Part shown: piece by piece, positions 53,482-64,000 of the stretch | Numbering within the stretch: the first letter of the stretch is position 1 | Layout of the letters: the number at the start of each line of letters is the position of its first letter | Source of the DNA: Lytechinus pictus | Taxonomy: Eukaryota | DNA length: 64,000 nt | Assembly (NCBI RefSeq): GCF_037042905.1 | Contig: NC_087257.1 | Span: 3,472,001-3,536,000, forward strand | Reading direction: 5' to 3' | Notes under the pieces: generated by a model | The model's input: only the letters and a program-made list of their open reading frames with translations | Databases searched by the model: none | Told to the model about the DNA's origin: nothing | Translations under genes and position numbers: made by a program

Positions 53482-53937
53482 CTGTATATAGAAGTTATTA
53501 TAGAAGTAGTAGTAGTAGCAGCAGCAGCAGCAGTAGTTGTAGTAGTAGTAGTAGTTGTAGTAGTAGTAGTAGTAATAATAATAATGATAATATTGATAAT
53601 AAAAATAATAATTATGATAATAATAATTATGATAATCATAATATAAATAATCATCATAATAACAATGTTAATATTAAATAATGATGATAATAATAGTAGC
53701 CTTTTACATAGCACCAATAATAATCAATTCCAGAGTGCACTTTTTTATATTTAAAAATCATTATTTGGGTTTCAAAAAGTCCTTTTTCATATCCAAAAAG
53801 AATAGCTTTGTTCCGAGTCCTTTTTTCCATATAAAAAACTAAACAAAACCCTTTTACCCCAGCTTTGTGACACACACCAGGTAGTGGATTCACTTTCACC
53901 ATTTACATTTATTTGTTTTCTTTCCTTTTCATTGCAG

Positions 53938-54113
53938 TACTTTACCTTTAGCATTTTGCTCATCATGCTGAGTTGCGCCGTGTTCCAGCAACTTGGCAGT
54001 CTGACAAAACTTATATTCCTTCTTCTAATTGGTGCAATATACCTTTCCCTTATGGAAACCATTCAAGTCAATCTACTCACAAACTATGATACTCTACAGC
54101 AAGCTTATGTCCA
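53938..54113 (+). CDS. ADCY5: AC exon J (176 nt, TM10-11): YFTFSILLIMLSCAVFQQLGSLTKLIFLLLIGAIYLSLMETIQVNLLTNYDTLQQAYVQ
   Basis: ttgcag| acceptor, |gtaagt donor. Confidence 0.94.
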
Positions 54114-54598
54114 GTAAGTAAAAGCAATTTCTTCAAAGGAGAATGAAATCTTTTAAAACTTTTAAACTAGATGAATTGTATTTAACAGAAAAAAGTTAAA
54201 AAGCAGATCAATAATTATAAATAATAACATACATTCTAAAAAGCGCTTAATATGCATTGCTTCTAAGCGCTTGATGCATAGAAAAATACAAGTAAGTTGA
54301 GTTGGATAGAACTAACGGAATTAGAAATTATATAAACCTAAGACTACCAAAAATTAATGGAAGATAATTTTAAAAATAATAACAAAAAATTACAATGAAA
54401 GTTTGAGAAAAATGGAAAAAATGATAAGAAAGTATGTTTTAGATGCAATGGATATTCATCCATTGGGATTGTGACAAGCTGTCCACCCTTTTTTTTATTT
54501 AGAAATACAAGGTTTTAACACCTCAATGACATTCGGGTTTTACTAGCGTTGACTTGAGGATTATTCACACTTTTACCATTCTCTATTGTTTTTCATAG

Positions 54599-54721
54599 AA
54601 TGTTAGAGCCTAATTACATCTCCCTGACGATAGTCACGCCTGTTATACTGGTCGTCTATATCGTCGCTCTATGGATACATGGGAGACAGGTGGAATCAAC
54701 AGCAAGGCTGGATTTCTTATG
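54599..54721 (+). CDS. ADCY5: AC exon K (TM12), 3' end lost in assembly gap: [40 protein letters not shown](W...)
   Basis: tcatag| acceptor; [12 protein letters not shown] motif runs into Ns; about 10 nt (rest of WKxQ) and the donor are expected in the gap. Confidence 0.93.
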
Positions 54722-55840
54722 NNNNNNNNNNNNNNNNNNNNNNNNNNNNNNNNNNNNNNNNNNNNNNNNNNNNNNNNNNNNNNNNNNNNNNNNNNNNNNN
54801 NNNNNNNNNNNNNNNNNNNNNNNNNNNNNNNNNNNNNNNNNNNNNNNNNNNNNNNNNNNNNNNNNNNNNNNNNNNNNNNNNNNNNNNNNNNNNNNNNNNN
54901 NNNNNNNNNNNNNNNNNNNNNNNNNNNNNNNNNNNNNNNNNNNNNNNNNNNNNNNNNNNNNNNNNNNNNNNNNNNNNNNNNNNNNNNNNNNNNNNNNNNN
55001 NNNNNNNNNNNNNNNNNNNNNNNNNNNNNNNNNNNNNNNNNNNNNNNNNNNNNNNNNNNNNNNNNNNNNNNNNNNNNNNNNNNNNNNNNNNNNNNNNNNN
55101 NNNNNNNNNNNNNNNNNNNNNNNNNNNNNNNNNNNNNNNNNNNNNNNNNNNNNNNNNNNNNNNNNNNNNNNNNNNNNNNNNNNNNNNNNNNNNNNNNNNN
55201 NNNNNNNNNNNNNNNNNNNNNNNNNNNNNNNNNNNNNNNNNNNNNNNNNNNNNNNNNNNNNNNNNNNNNNNNNNNNNNNNNNNNNNNNNNNNNNNNNNNN
55301 NNNNNNNNNNNNNNNNNNNNNNNNNNNNNNNNNNNNNNNNTAGTGATGATAGTGAAGGTGAAGGTGATGATGTTGATAATATATTTGCTAGTCTTCGCCA
55401 TATTCTTAGCCTAAGTCTTGTTAACACACTATTGAGTATTAAAATATCATATGTGGTCTCATGACTCAGATCTCCCAATCTGGGGAGCATTTCATGAAAT
55501 AGATAATTCTTTGTTATAAGCTACTGGGATACGTACATCATTGATCATCTCAGAACAAACTTATCAATAACTATTTCTTTCATGAATTGCTCTTTGGGCC
55601 CTATTTCATCAGGACTTACAGCTATTGTAACTTTGCCATCCAATGGTATCTACAATGATAGTAACAATGCTCTACGGCTGATCAAAATCAAGGATTTTAC
55701 AATAGTCACCATTGGATAACAAAGTAACTCTTTGTGAAGCTGGTCCCAAGTCGTGACACCATCACTGATTCTTTTTATTCATTGTTTGAATGATAAAGAG
55801 ATGGAACTCAAATGATTTCATGACGCTTCCCGTTTCCTAG

Positions 55841-56104
55841 GCAACAGAAGAGAAAGACGAAATGGCCAATCTCCAGGCCTACAACAAACGTCTCCTCAAC
55901 AACATCCTGCCGTCCTTCGTAGCCGAGCACTTCCTCAAGAATTCCGCCCGGGACATGGACCTCTACCATCGAGACAATGACTTTGTCGCCGTCATGTTTG
56001 CATCCATCTCAAACTTCTCAGAGTTCTACGTTGAGCTTGAGGCCAACAACGAGGGCGTCGAGTGCTTGAGACTCCTAAATGAAATTATCCATGACTTTGA
56101 CGAG
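55841..56104 (+). CDS. ADCY5: AC exon L (264 nt, helical domain/C2a): [24 protein letters not shown]...[16 protein letters not shown]
   Basis: tcctag| acceptor, |gtaagt donor. Confidence 0.97.
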
Positions 56105-56189
56105 GTAAGTCCAATCTTGACCCAGTGCCTACTGGAACATGGTGGTTCCTGTTATGATGAAAGCCTATGGGAATTGCAGAATTTAATCG

Positions 56190-56780
56190 TTAAAGGAGAA
56201 TGAAACCCTTGAAACCAGCTGTATCCATATCAAAGAGAAAAATCAAAGAAACATATTGTTGAAAGTTTGAGGAAGATTGAATGAATAATAAGAAAGTTAT
56301 GAGCATTTGAATATTGAGATCACTATGCCATGTAGATCCTCCTATTGGCAATGCGACCAAGATCTGTGATGTCACACACGTACAACTCCCTCATTACTTT
56401 AGTACTTATTTCACTTATATTCTCACTTTTATAGAGTCTATCACAAGGTGAGGTGTTCTCTTTATGAGAGGACAAGTACAGGGGTTTCACAACATTATAT
56501 CATTGATGAATTGTTTGTCATATGATTATAATGAGCAAAAAGAGATGTTTTGGGGTATATTTTCAGTGTCCAAAATGGGAGAGTTGTTCATCTGTGACAT
56601 CATAGATCTTGGTCGCATTGCCAATGGGAGGATCTCCATAGCATTAGTGATCTCGACATTCAAATGCTCATAACTCTTCTATTGCTAGTCCTATTTTACT
56701 CAAACTTTTGTTGATCTTATTCTTTGATTTTTCTGCTTTCACAAAAGCCAACTTGCTCCATGAGTTTCATTCTCCTTTAA
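56190..56780. mobile_element. Kolobok-like MITE (TTAA TSD)
   Basis: ttaa|aggagaatgaaac ... gtttcattctcct|ttaa with long inverted arms. Confidence 0.9.
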
Positions 56781-57324
56781 GTGGTTAATGTCACTCTAGC
56801 ATGGAACTTTTTATCATATACCTTTTCAAACGTCAGAGCCAGATGTTTCTCGCAGGAATCTTGCAAGCGGCTTTCATTCCAAATCTTCACAATTATCTTC
56901 GGCCGATCATCACAATTAACTTAGGCAACTTAATGGAGACTGCAGGAAAGTGAGAAGACGCATAGTATTTATAGCGAGATTCCTCCTGAAAATGGCACAG
57001 ACTAATGACAAGCGTTTATGACACCACCTATGAACAGCATTTGGAATATTATTAATTAATGGCAAGTTCATGCTATCCTGTCAAATCACAACTAAAAAAA
57101 AATCCCTCTCTGTTTCATAGAGATGTTTGAAAGTTATGAATGACTTTATGCTCGACTGGTGACCCTTTCTTGTTCTAAATGATAAATGTTCCAGTCATGC
57201 ATGAAGTTGTGCGCAACTTTGCAAACACTTTGACGAAACACCAGCTAAGGGAATCTGTCTTGATAAACAATTTATAGAAAACTTTATAATTCTTTTTTTT
57301 TTATACTTATTTTCATCTTGTCAG

Positions 57325-57529
57325 ATCATTGGACGAAATGACTTTATCCAGATTGAGAAGATCAAGACCATTGGCTACACCTACATGGCGGCCTCAGGGT
57401 TAACAGAAGAAACCTTTGACAAGGATGGCAACAGCCACGTCAGCGCTCTGGCAGACTTTGCCTTCTCCCTCATGAAACAGCTCAAATACGTCAACGAACA
57501 TTCCTTCAATAATTTTAAGATGAGGATAG
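57325..57529 (+). CDS. ADCY5: AC exon M (205 nt, C2a): [26 protein letters not shown]...[15 protein letters not shown]
   Basis: Not in the ORF track on +; gtcag| acceptor, G|gtaaat donor; adenine-specifying Lys in EKIKTIG. Confidence 0.96.
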
Positions 57530-57924
57530 GTAAATTCACCTTTTGATTTAATCTTATGAGAGATGTCAGTCTTCTTGCTTTTGCATGGTTTCAGTCTCTG
57601 ATATCTTCCCATTTCAGGCTTTATCGTGTATAGCTCATATGTGGCTTTAGTATATCTGGCCTCTTTTCAGGCCTGGTAAGATAAACTGTCATTTTTATTC
57701 AATTCAACGATACATCAATTCAAATCCGGGCTCTGTCACACTCCGTTTTGTAGTTTATTGATAAATGACAAAGACCAATCAGAATTAATATTTCAATAAT
57801 TATTGTTATTTATTATTATAAATATTTTATTCAAAACATAGAGCAGGAACTTGTGTTACGGGCCCCAGATCTCAGAGGACAAAACAAGAATACAATTTCA
57901 TGCTCTATATGTTGTTGAAATATG

Positions 57925-58112
57925 TCTTGGGAAGGCAATTTTATACATCTGTCACTTTCCACCCAGGTGTTGTAAATGATTAACCAGTAGTAGTAGGAAC
58001 AGATTCCTTGAATGCTTGAGCACCTGATCAGCGTATTCCAGAGCCAATGAAATAGTATGAAGCACTTATCAAGGGCGATATGTGTTTGAATTTTGTATGT
58101 TCTTATTATTAT
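57925..58112 (+). mobile_element. Old SINE remnant abutting the last acceptor
   Basis: ccacccaggtgttgtaaatg and ttccttgaatgcttgagcacctgatcag resemble the 2624-2868 copy. Confidence 0.7.
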
Positions 58113-58118
58113 TTTCAG

Positions 58119-58372
58119 GTCTGAATGTGGGTCCAGTCGTATCGGGCGTCATCGGTGCCCGCAAACCCCAGTACGACATATGGGGCAACACTGTCAACGT
58201 GGCCAGCCGCATGGACAGCACTGGAATACCTGAGAAGATTCAGGTCACTCAAGATATGAGGAACATCCTTCTTCCAATGGGATACAGGCTTACAGAGAGG
58301 GGCATCGTTAAGGTCAAAGGCAAAGGCGAGATGCTGACATACTTCTTGATCGGCCAACCGGGGGATTCATAG
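58119..58372 (+). CDS. ADCY5: AC terminal coding exon N (C2a): [35 protein letters not shown]...[19 protein letters not shown]
   Basis: tttcag| acceptor; catalytic Asp, Asn, Arg and Lys present; TAG at 58370-58372. Confidence 0.97.
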
Positions 58373-58393
58373 AATTTGGCTTGGACTCACTAA

Positions 58394-58672
58394 AGGCCTG
58401 GTCCCACCGGCCGTTGGACACAAAACGTATTCATAACGGATACAGCGGACAAGCAGAATTTCAGGGTGGCTCCATCCGTTTTTATCCCCTCCAGACAATG
58501 GACAAAATGGGCGAACAATGAAATCACAGTGGACGGATGCTCGATGGATATAGAGTGTACAAAACACGTAGGCAAAGTGTACACAACGGATACATAGCAT
58601 TTTCCAATGGATGGCAAGAATCTTTTCCGTTTTACATCCTCTCTGCATCCGTAAGTGCAGTGGGACCACTTG
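58394..58672. mobile_element. MITE just after the stop codon
   Basis: tggtcccac ... gtgggacca inverted ends, internal acggat/atccgt motifs. Confidence 0.65.
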
Positions 58673-58820
58673 TAAAAAGTTTGTGCCATGTCTTTTAGCC
58701 AGAGTCGTGGTGTAAAGATGCTATGTCTCTTTGCATGGTAGCTTTTCTGAATTTTCCCCATTATTCTGTCCCCGATGAAAATATGCGTGTGGGATTCCAC
58801 TAGGCTCTGCCATTTGACAA

Positions 58821-59465
58821 AGTGCATAAAGAGGGATATCATTAAGGTCAACAGGAAAAGAAGATGCTGCCGTGCTTGTTGATTGGTCAATTGGGGGACC
58901 CAAAGAATTTGGTACAGACTCGATGAGAACTGAATGATCAAGTTAAAGGCAAAAGAGAGATGTTGACATATATCTTGGTAGGCTAGCATAGAATTGGGTA
59001 CAAAACCAGCAAGAAGGGAAACATCAGGGGAAAATGATGATATACTGATAGAAATTAGAGGGGCTATGTTAAGTTTATTAGGAAACTGAAGATGCTTACC
59101 ATGTTCTGCCAGCCAAGGGAAGTTATAAAATGGGAAAACAGACTCGCAAAGAGGGGTATCATTGTTGGGATCAAAGGAAAAGGGTAAATGATGAGGTTCT
59201 CATCAATCTCTCAACTGGGGGATTCAAAGAATTGGTACAGTCTCAAGTTCAAGGGGCATCGTTAAGGTCATCAGGAAACTGGAAATGTTTACATAAGTCT
59301 TTGATCAACTAGCCAAATGGGAAAACAGACTCACAAAGAGAGTAATTGTTTGGGTCAAAAGCAAAGGGGGAATGATGAGATACTTGTTGATTTGCAACCA
59401 GGCAATCCAATTCTCAACTTTGGGGACATTGCTAAGGTCAAAGGGAAGGAGGAGATGTACATTCG
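58821..59465 (+). pseudogene. About 8 decayed tandem copies (roughly 45-100 nt) of the last ~30 codons and stop region, in the 3' UTR
   Basis: Copy at ~59325 reads NRLTKRVIVWVKSKGGMMRYLLICNQ versus real [25 protein letters not shown]; recurring ggggga(t/c)(t/c)caaagaatt and taaggtca. Confidence 0.88.
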
Positions 59466-60744
59466 TACCAACTCTTGCTAGTAAAACATATGTTATAAAG
59501 TTTTGTGTTAACTCACTCCTGCAAGTGAAACAGCATTGCTGGGTAATACCTTGAATACGTGTTGCTTTAGTCAAGCTATATGTTCCATATAAAACCTCTT
59601 GTGTGCTTTTAAAACTTTTTATATTTATTTATTTAAAAACAACAGGATTTTCATTTCTGCTTTTCATAATATCAGGATGGCCTGATAATCATAGTTATGG
59701 TATTTTATTCTTTTTAATTCCTTATTATTATTTGGCTTGTTAAATTATTAAAGAACAAGAAGTTTCCTTGTTCCCTTCAATATCAGGGTTACTTCATAAT
59801 CACATACGTATCATCTTATTTATATTTATAGTTATATTCATAACTAATTATCATTTGGTATATTGAATGGATAGTAACATGGATTTTTTTTTTGTTGCTT
59901 TTTGTAAACTATCAGGGTTTCTAAATGATCACAGTTGTATTATTTTATTTCTATTTATTTTCATTCCTTGGTTATCCACATTATCATTCTTAGCATTGCT
60001 TATGAATAAATTACCTTTCTTCTAAATAAATCTAGATAAATTCAGAAGACATACTTGTTACATATACTTGTGTTCATGAGTTGAAGATCGGTTAATTGTA
60101 CTTTTATCACAAGAAACAAAACCAAGTTTATTTTTTAATTGAAAGAAAATCTTGCCATTGGACTTTTAAAGTTGTCTTTTTAAACATATAATGAGGAAAG
60201 TGTGACGAAGCACCAGACTTGCTATTTGCTTGTTCACAAAATGTTGTTTGTATAAGGATGGAGTTATATGTATGCTGAGATTGTGTGATCAATTATAAGA
60301 GATTAATTAGAAGATATAAGGAATTAGAATTTGTTACAAATTATTGATGAGACTACATAATGGACAATTTTGATTCACCACTTGTGTGGGTTCTGGTGTG
60401 TTGATAACCGAATCTAGCCCAATGATGAAAGCGATTACTCAAAACAGTAAATTGAATTCCAAATGATGTGCAAAGAAAAAATATATTTGCAATGATTTCT
60501 AATGAATGTCTTCACTCAGCGTATGTGCTTCTGAGATAGAGTATACATGTATGTATCTATTTTTGTAGCAAATATATCATTATGCAAGAATGTGCTTGGT
60601 ACTAGATAATAGAGTGCAAGATTATTATGCTGTTGACAAGGGATTAAGTATATTATATTAACCACTTCCAAAATTTGGAATAGTTTACCTCTCTACTCAG
60701 TCACTCAGCATCTGTCTCTGTTCAAAAGTGGTCTATTACATGGA

Positions 60745-60967
60745 TATAAAAAAAACGTCGTTAAGAAATTTTATACAATGCTGTTCAGTATATGAACCTT
60801 GCAGTAGTTGTAAACACAGTTCAAACAAGCGTTAAAAAACTTTTAACAACAGAGTTTAGTTTTTAGTTCTCAATGAATGAAGCATGGTCGTTAAAAATGT
60901 TAAACAACTTCTGTAAGGTTCATATAGTTAACAGAGTAGTATAAAAAACAGGTTTTTTTACTCTGTG
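60745..60967. mobile_element. Palindromic MITE in the putative 3' UTR
   Basis: tatatgaaccttgcagtagttgt versus acaacttctgtaaggttcatata; ends tttttactctgtg. Confidence 0.65.
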
Positions 60968-61117
60968 ACATTGCGAATGGAAATGTCACACTTCTAAGTT
61001 TTTATGGGATTGGAACCAAAATTCCGGAGGAAAATTACAGTATAACAATGAATGTTTATGACTTTTGTAAACAGAAAATTTGATGTGAACTCATGAGAGA
61101 GAGAGAAAAAGGGGCAG

Positions 61118-61153
<36 letters not shown>

Positions 61154-61353
61154 GGGGAGGGAGGGAGGAGGAAGGCAAAACAAGAGCATGAATGGTCGTT
61201 ATCTTGGAGATGAATTATGTAGCATCTTTTATGTCTCTATAGTTATTTCGGGGTTAATGTTCTGTTTATAGGGTTTTCAGAAAATTGTACTCTGTTAGTA
61301 GGATGAGAAATACAATGAAGCTTCGCTTTCACATATAGGTGCATGTATATGCA

Positions 61354-61596
61354 TGTACATATTGTAAATGTTGTACATATTTATATGTATATAACAGGCA
61401 GTGCTTAAAAAGTATGTAAATAAACAGCATTAAACAATGCAACATTTGCTCCTTCGATAGACTTTAGTGATTTAACTTGTAAATAAAGAAAATACACATG
61501 ATTCTTTTTTTTATCCATGTAGGATTCATATTATCACAGAGTACTATCATTTCAGATGTTCAGGATATTTATATAGAAAGAGATGCCATGTATATA
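61354..61596 (+). promoter_or_regulatory. Putative 3' end: AATAAA (61419, 61482) within a cluster of six TGTANATA elements
   Basis: Motifs read directly; assignment as transcript end is inference. Confidence 0.55.
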
Positions 61597-61789
61597 TTTT
61601 TGATTATTTGTCATATACATTTACAGGTATGTGAATATTCATGATAGTATGGAAGTGTTTCATTATAATTCTATTTTTCATTTGTTTTCCGTTTTCTACA
61701 ATGGGAATCACTGGGATACGTCTAGGGGGCAGGGGAAGCCCCTCCCTGAAGAATGTAAGACCGTTCCCCCCCCCCCCCCATTGAGATGT

Positions 61790-62460
61790 ATTGAGGACTG
61801 AGAGGGGGCTGTCATGACCTCCCCCCCTCCCTGCTGATCCTGGCCACCGTTCGTGCAATTGCGCTGAAATTTGGCCCGCAGATTCTTGACCACATAAACC
61901 ACAAGCCAGTATAAAAAGAATGAAAATAATTATTATTTATCATGAATGAAATATGCAACTTTTTTTTTTTTTTAACATTTGCATATTTAACACCCAATTT
62001 CACTTCAAATTTTCATTTTACCCCTTGAAGTCATCTTTGTAATCTTATTTAAAGGATTCCATACAGAAAAATTGCAAAAGTCAAAATTGTCCTTATTTAT
62101 TTCTTTGTTTTTAGAATTACTTATGTATTTTCTGTTTTTCTTCTTCATTTTTTTGCAATGGAAAGTATTTCAGACCATTTAACAATGAAAAATATTCACC
62201 CTTTCATGAATTTCATCTCCCATAGACATTGTACACAAAGTCTAGAATTGAGCCATTTTCGTTATGACATTGTCTCATAAAAAGTCACATGGTGTTGTGA
62301 TGCTATACCCGTACGTCGCAAATTTGGTCTAGAAGTTGCGCAAGACTTCAAAGAAAAAAGTCATTAAATTTTGCGGTGCTGTCTTTTTGCACTCCGTAAA
62401 TATCACACAAAGTGTCGAGGGGGGCCATGATGCCCCCCCCCCCCAGTCCTTTTGGGTTAA
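61790..62460. mobile_element. piggyBac-like MITE with degenerate left end
   Basis: aggactgagaggggg ... cccccccagtccttttggg|ttaa. Confidence 0.6.
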
Positions 62461-62465
62461 TCTTA

Positions 62466-62925
62466 GAGAGCTGCCAACTAGTACTGATATTCAATACTTA
62501 GTACTGAAAATGAGAAAAAATACTGATGGTTTCATGCAGAATACTGATTTCTAATGTTTCAGTTGTATGTGTTGTCCTATAGTTATTTCATTGAAAATAC
62601 TGATTTCTTCACCAAAATACTGATTTTCATCTTATGAAATACTGATTTTCATGTTATGAAATGCTGATTTTCATCTTATGAAATACTGAAATATTCTTGT
62701 TCAGTGCCGGCCGCACAGAAACGTTGTTCACCTAACACAGCGCTAACAGTAAGCCCAGTCACGTCTTTTGGATTGTGAAGTCAAAACATTTCTTTTAATG
62801 TGTAAGTAATGGATTGTTGTAACATTATAGGCATCACTACTACATTACCGATTGTAACAGGGCCTCTGTTAGCATATTGTTAGCGCTTACAACGTTTCTG
62901 TGCGGTCAGTACTGGTTCGCAGCTG
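62466..62925. mobile_element. aatactga-repeat element with a nested MITE (62702-62914)
   Basis: agagctgccaac start; nested cagtgccggccgcacagaaacgttg ... caacgtttctgtgcggtcagtactg. Confidence 0.7.
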
Positions 62926-63134
62926 TACCCTTACAGCCGATGTGATGTTTCCATGGAAATCCACTGTCTTGAAGATATAAGATCGTGGTGGGTGGACAAT
63001 ATTTTGTGTCCTTGTTAACATCAATAATTCAATGAGTGAAAGTAATCCTTTTACTCTAGTGAAGGTGGTGGAAAATATGGACAACCTTTTCACCAAGTTA
63101 TTGGGAGAATATTGTCTTTTGACACCTTGAGCTA

Positions 63135-63346
63135 TAGGGTTACACCGGAACCGAATCAGCTGTGAATTCATCCGAATACACGTACTTGGGTGGTTTCGGG
63201 ACTATTCTGCTCTCCCTCCACGAATGCGAGAAAAGTCAGGAAGGATTCGGGAACATTCAAATCCACCGAAACTATCCGAATCAGGCAGTATTCTGGCAGA
63301 ATCGGTCTGAAGTTCCTCGGGAGATTTCGGTTTTGGTGTTACCCTA
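63135..63346. mobile_element. MITE
   Basis: tagggttacaccggaaccgaa ... ttcggttttggtgttacccta. Confidence 0.75.
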
Positions 63347-64000
63347 GCTTGGGTAATGATTTCATGATGTTTGAGATATTGGTCTTCAAACAAGAAAAAT
63401 CCAAAGAATAAGCAGAATATCTTTATTCAGAGTCTTACCAAACAAAATGATTCATTTACTAATTATCTCATTTAGTAGGATTGGGGATAAAATTTGATAT
63501 GTTTTCATCGTAGGAAGCCCAGTTTGAACAAGTTTTATGTTGATAACTAAATAGACATTCGGTCATCAGCGCAAAGTAAGATCATGAGAATCTTAATGGT
63601 TGGGATTCTATGACAATGCGTCATTAAACAACAATGCAAAATTTATGTATGGTTCACTTTGATTCTTGTATTCATTTATGATGAATATTCTTAAGGACAT
63701 GATGACAAATTTATGTGCAATGGAATTGAATCTTTTGCTATTTTTTAATAGATTTGTAGTGTTTCTTGCAACGTACATGTAGTATCCTTGAAATTGAAAT
63801 GCTTACAAGGACCCCATACCACAATCCTTAGTGATTGATTGTACAGTTGGTTTTAAGCTTGGTTGAATATTGTGGTCAGTGATATCAAGTGTAATAATTA
63901 GCTTTATGATTAATCAGTAAGTTTGTGTTATAGGACCCTGGGGAGCATTTCATCAACATTTTCGTCCGACAAGTTGTCAGCTCTGATAACTTTCCTTGAT

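Larger units (their letters stand above)
13707..58372 (+). other. ADCY5: Span of visible coding exons of a transmembrane adenylyl cyclase, AC5/AC6-like (5' part not visible)
   Basis: 14 exons splice in frame to give C1a ([21 protein letters not shown]), C1b ([26 protein letters not shown]), hydrophobic M2 helices and C2a ([30 protein letters not shown]). C1b motifs match my recollection of AC5/6; AC5 versus AC6 orthology cannot be resolved. Confidence 0.93.

Noticed and set aside
58390-58989. 199-aa antisense ORF behind the stop codon
   Set aside because: Spans a MITE and decayed exon copies, with no recognisable domain.

Overview
Eukaryotic, AT-rich animal genomic DNA with three assembly gaps (11791-12062, 40233-40600, 54722-55340). 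The repeat repertoire looks echinoid-like (inference only). Almost the whole window is the 3' two-thirds of one + strand membrane adenylyl cyclase gene of the AC5/AC6 type. I traced 14 coding exons by hand between 13707 and the stop at 58372; all visible junctions are GT-AG and phase-compatible, one donor is hidden in a gap, and they total about 758 codons (C1a, C1b, M2 helices, C2a). The 5' exons are not visible. A putative ~3 kb 3' UTR follows. The introns hold tRNA-derived SINEs, many MITEs, L2- and L1-type LINE relics, a Helentron/DINE-like element and simple repeats. The most unusual feature is that four coding exons are flanked by tandem arrays of decayed copies of their own exon or splice-junction sequence ('exon echoes'): 4 copies before the 29449 exon, 2 before the 43598 exon, several after the 48295 exon and about 8 copies of the C-terminal codons in the 3' UTR. 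Some copies keep intact splice sites and predict specific poison or half-molecule isoforms. Other points: the forskolin-pocket Ser of C2a is Tyr, an inverted SINE pair brackets seven exons, and six Pumilio elements cluster at the putative 3' end. Most ORF-track entries are spurious.
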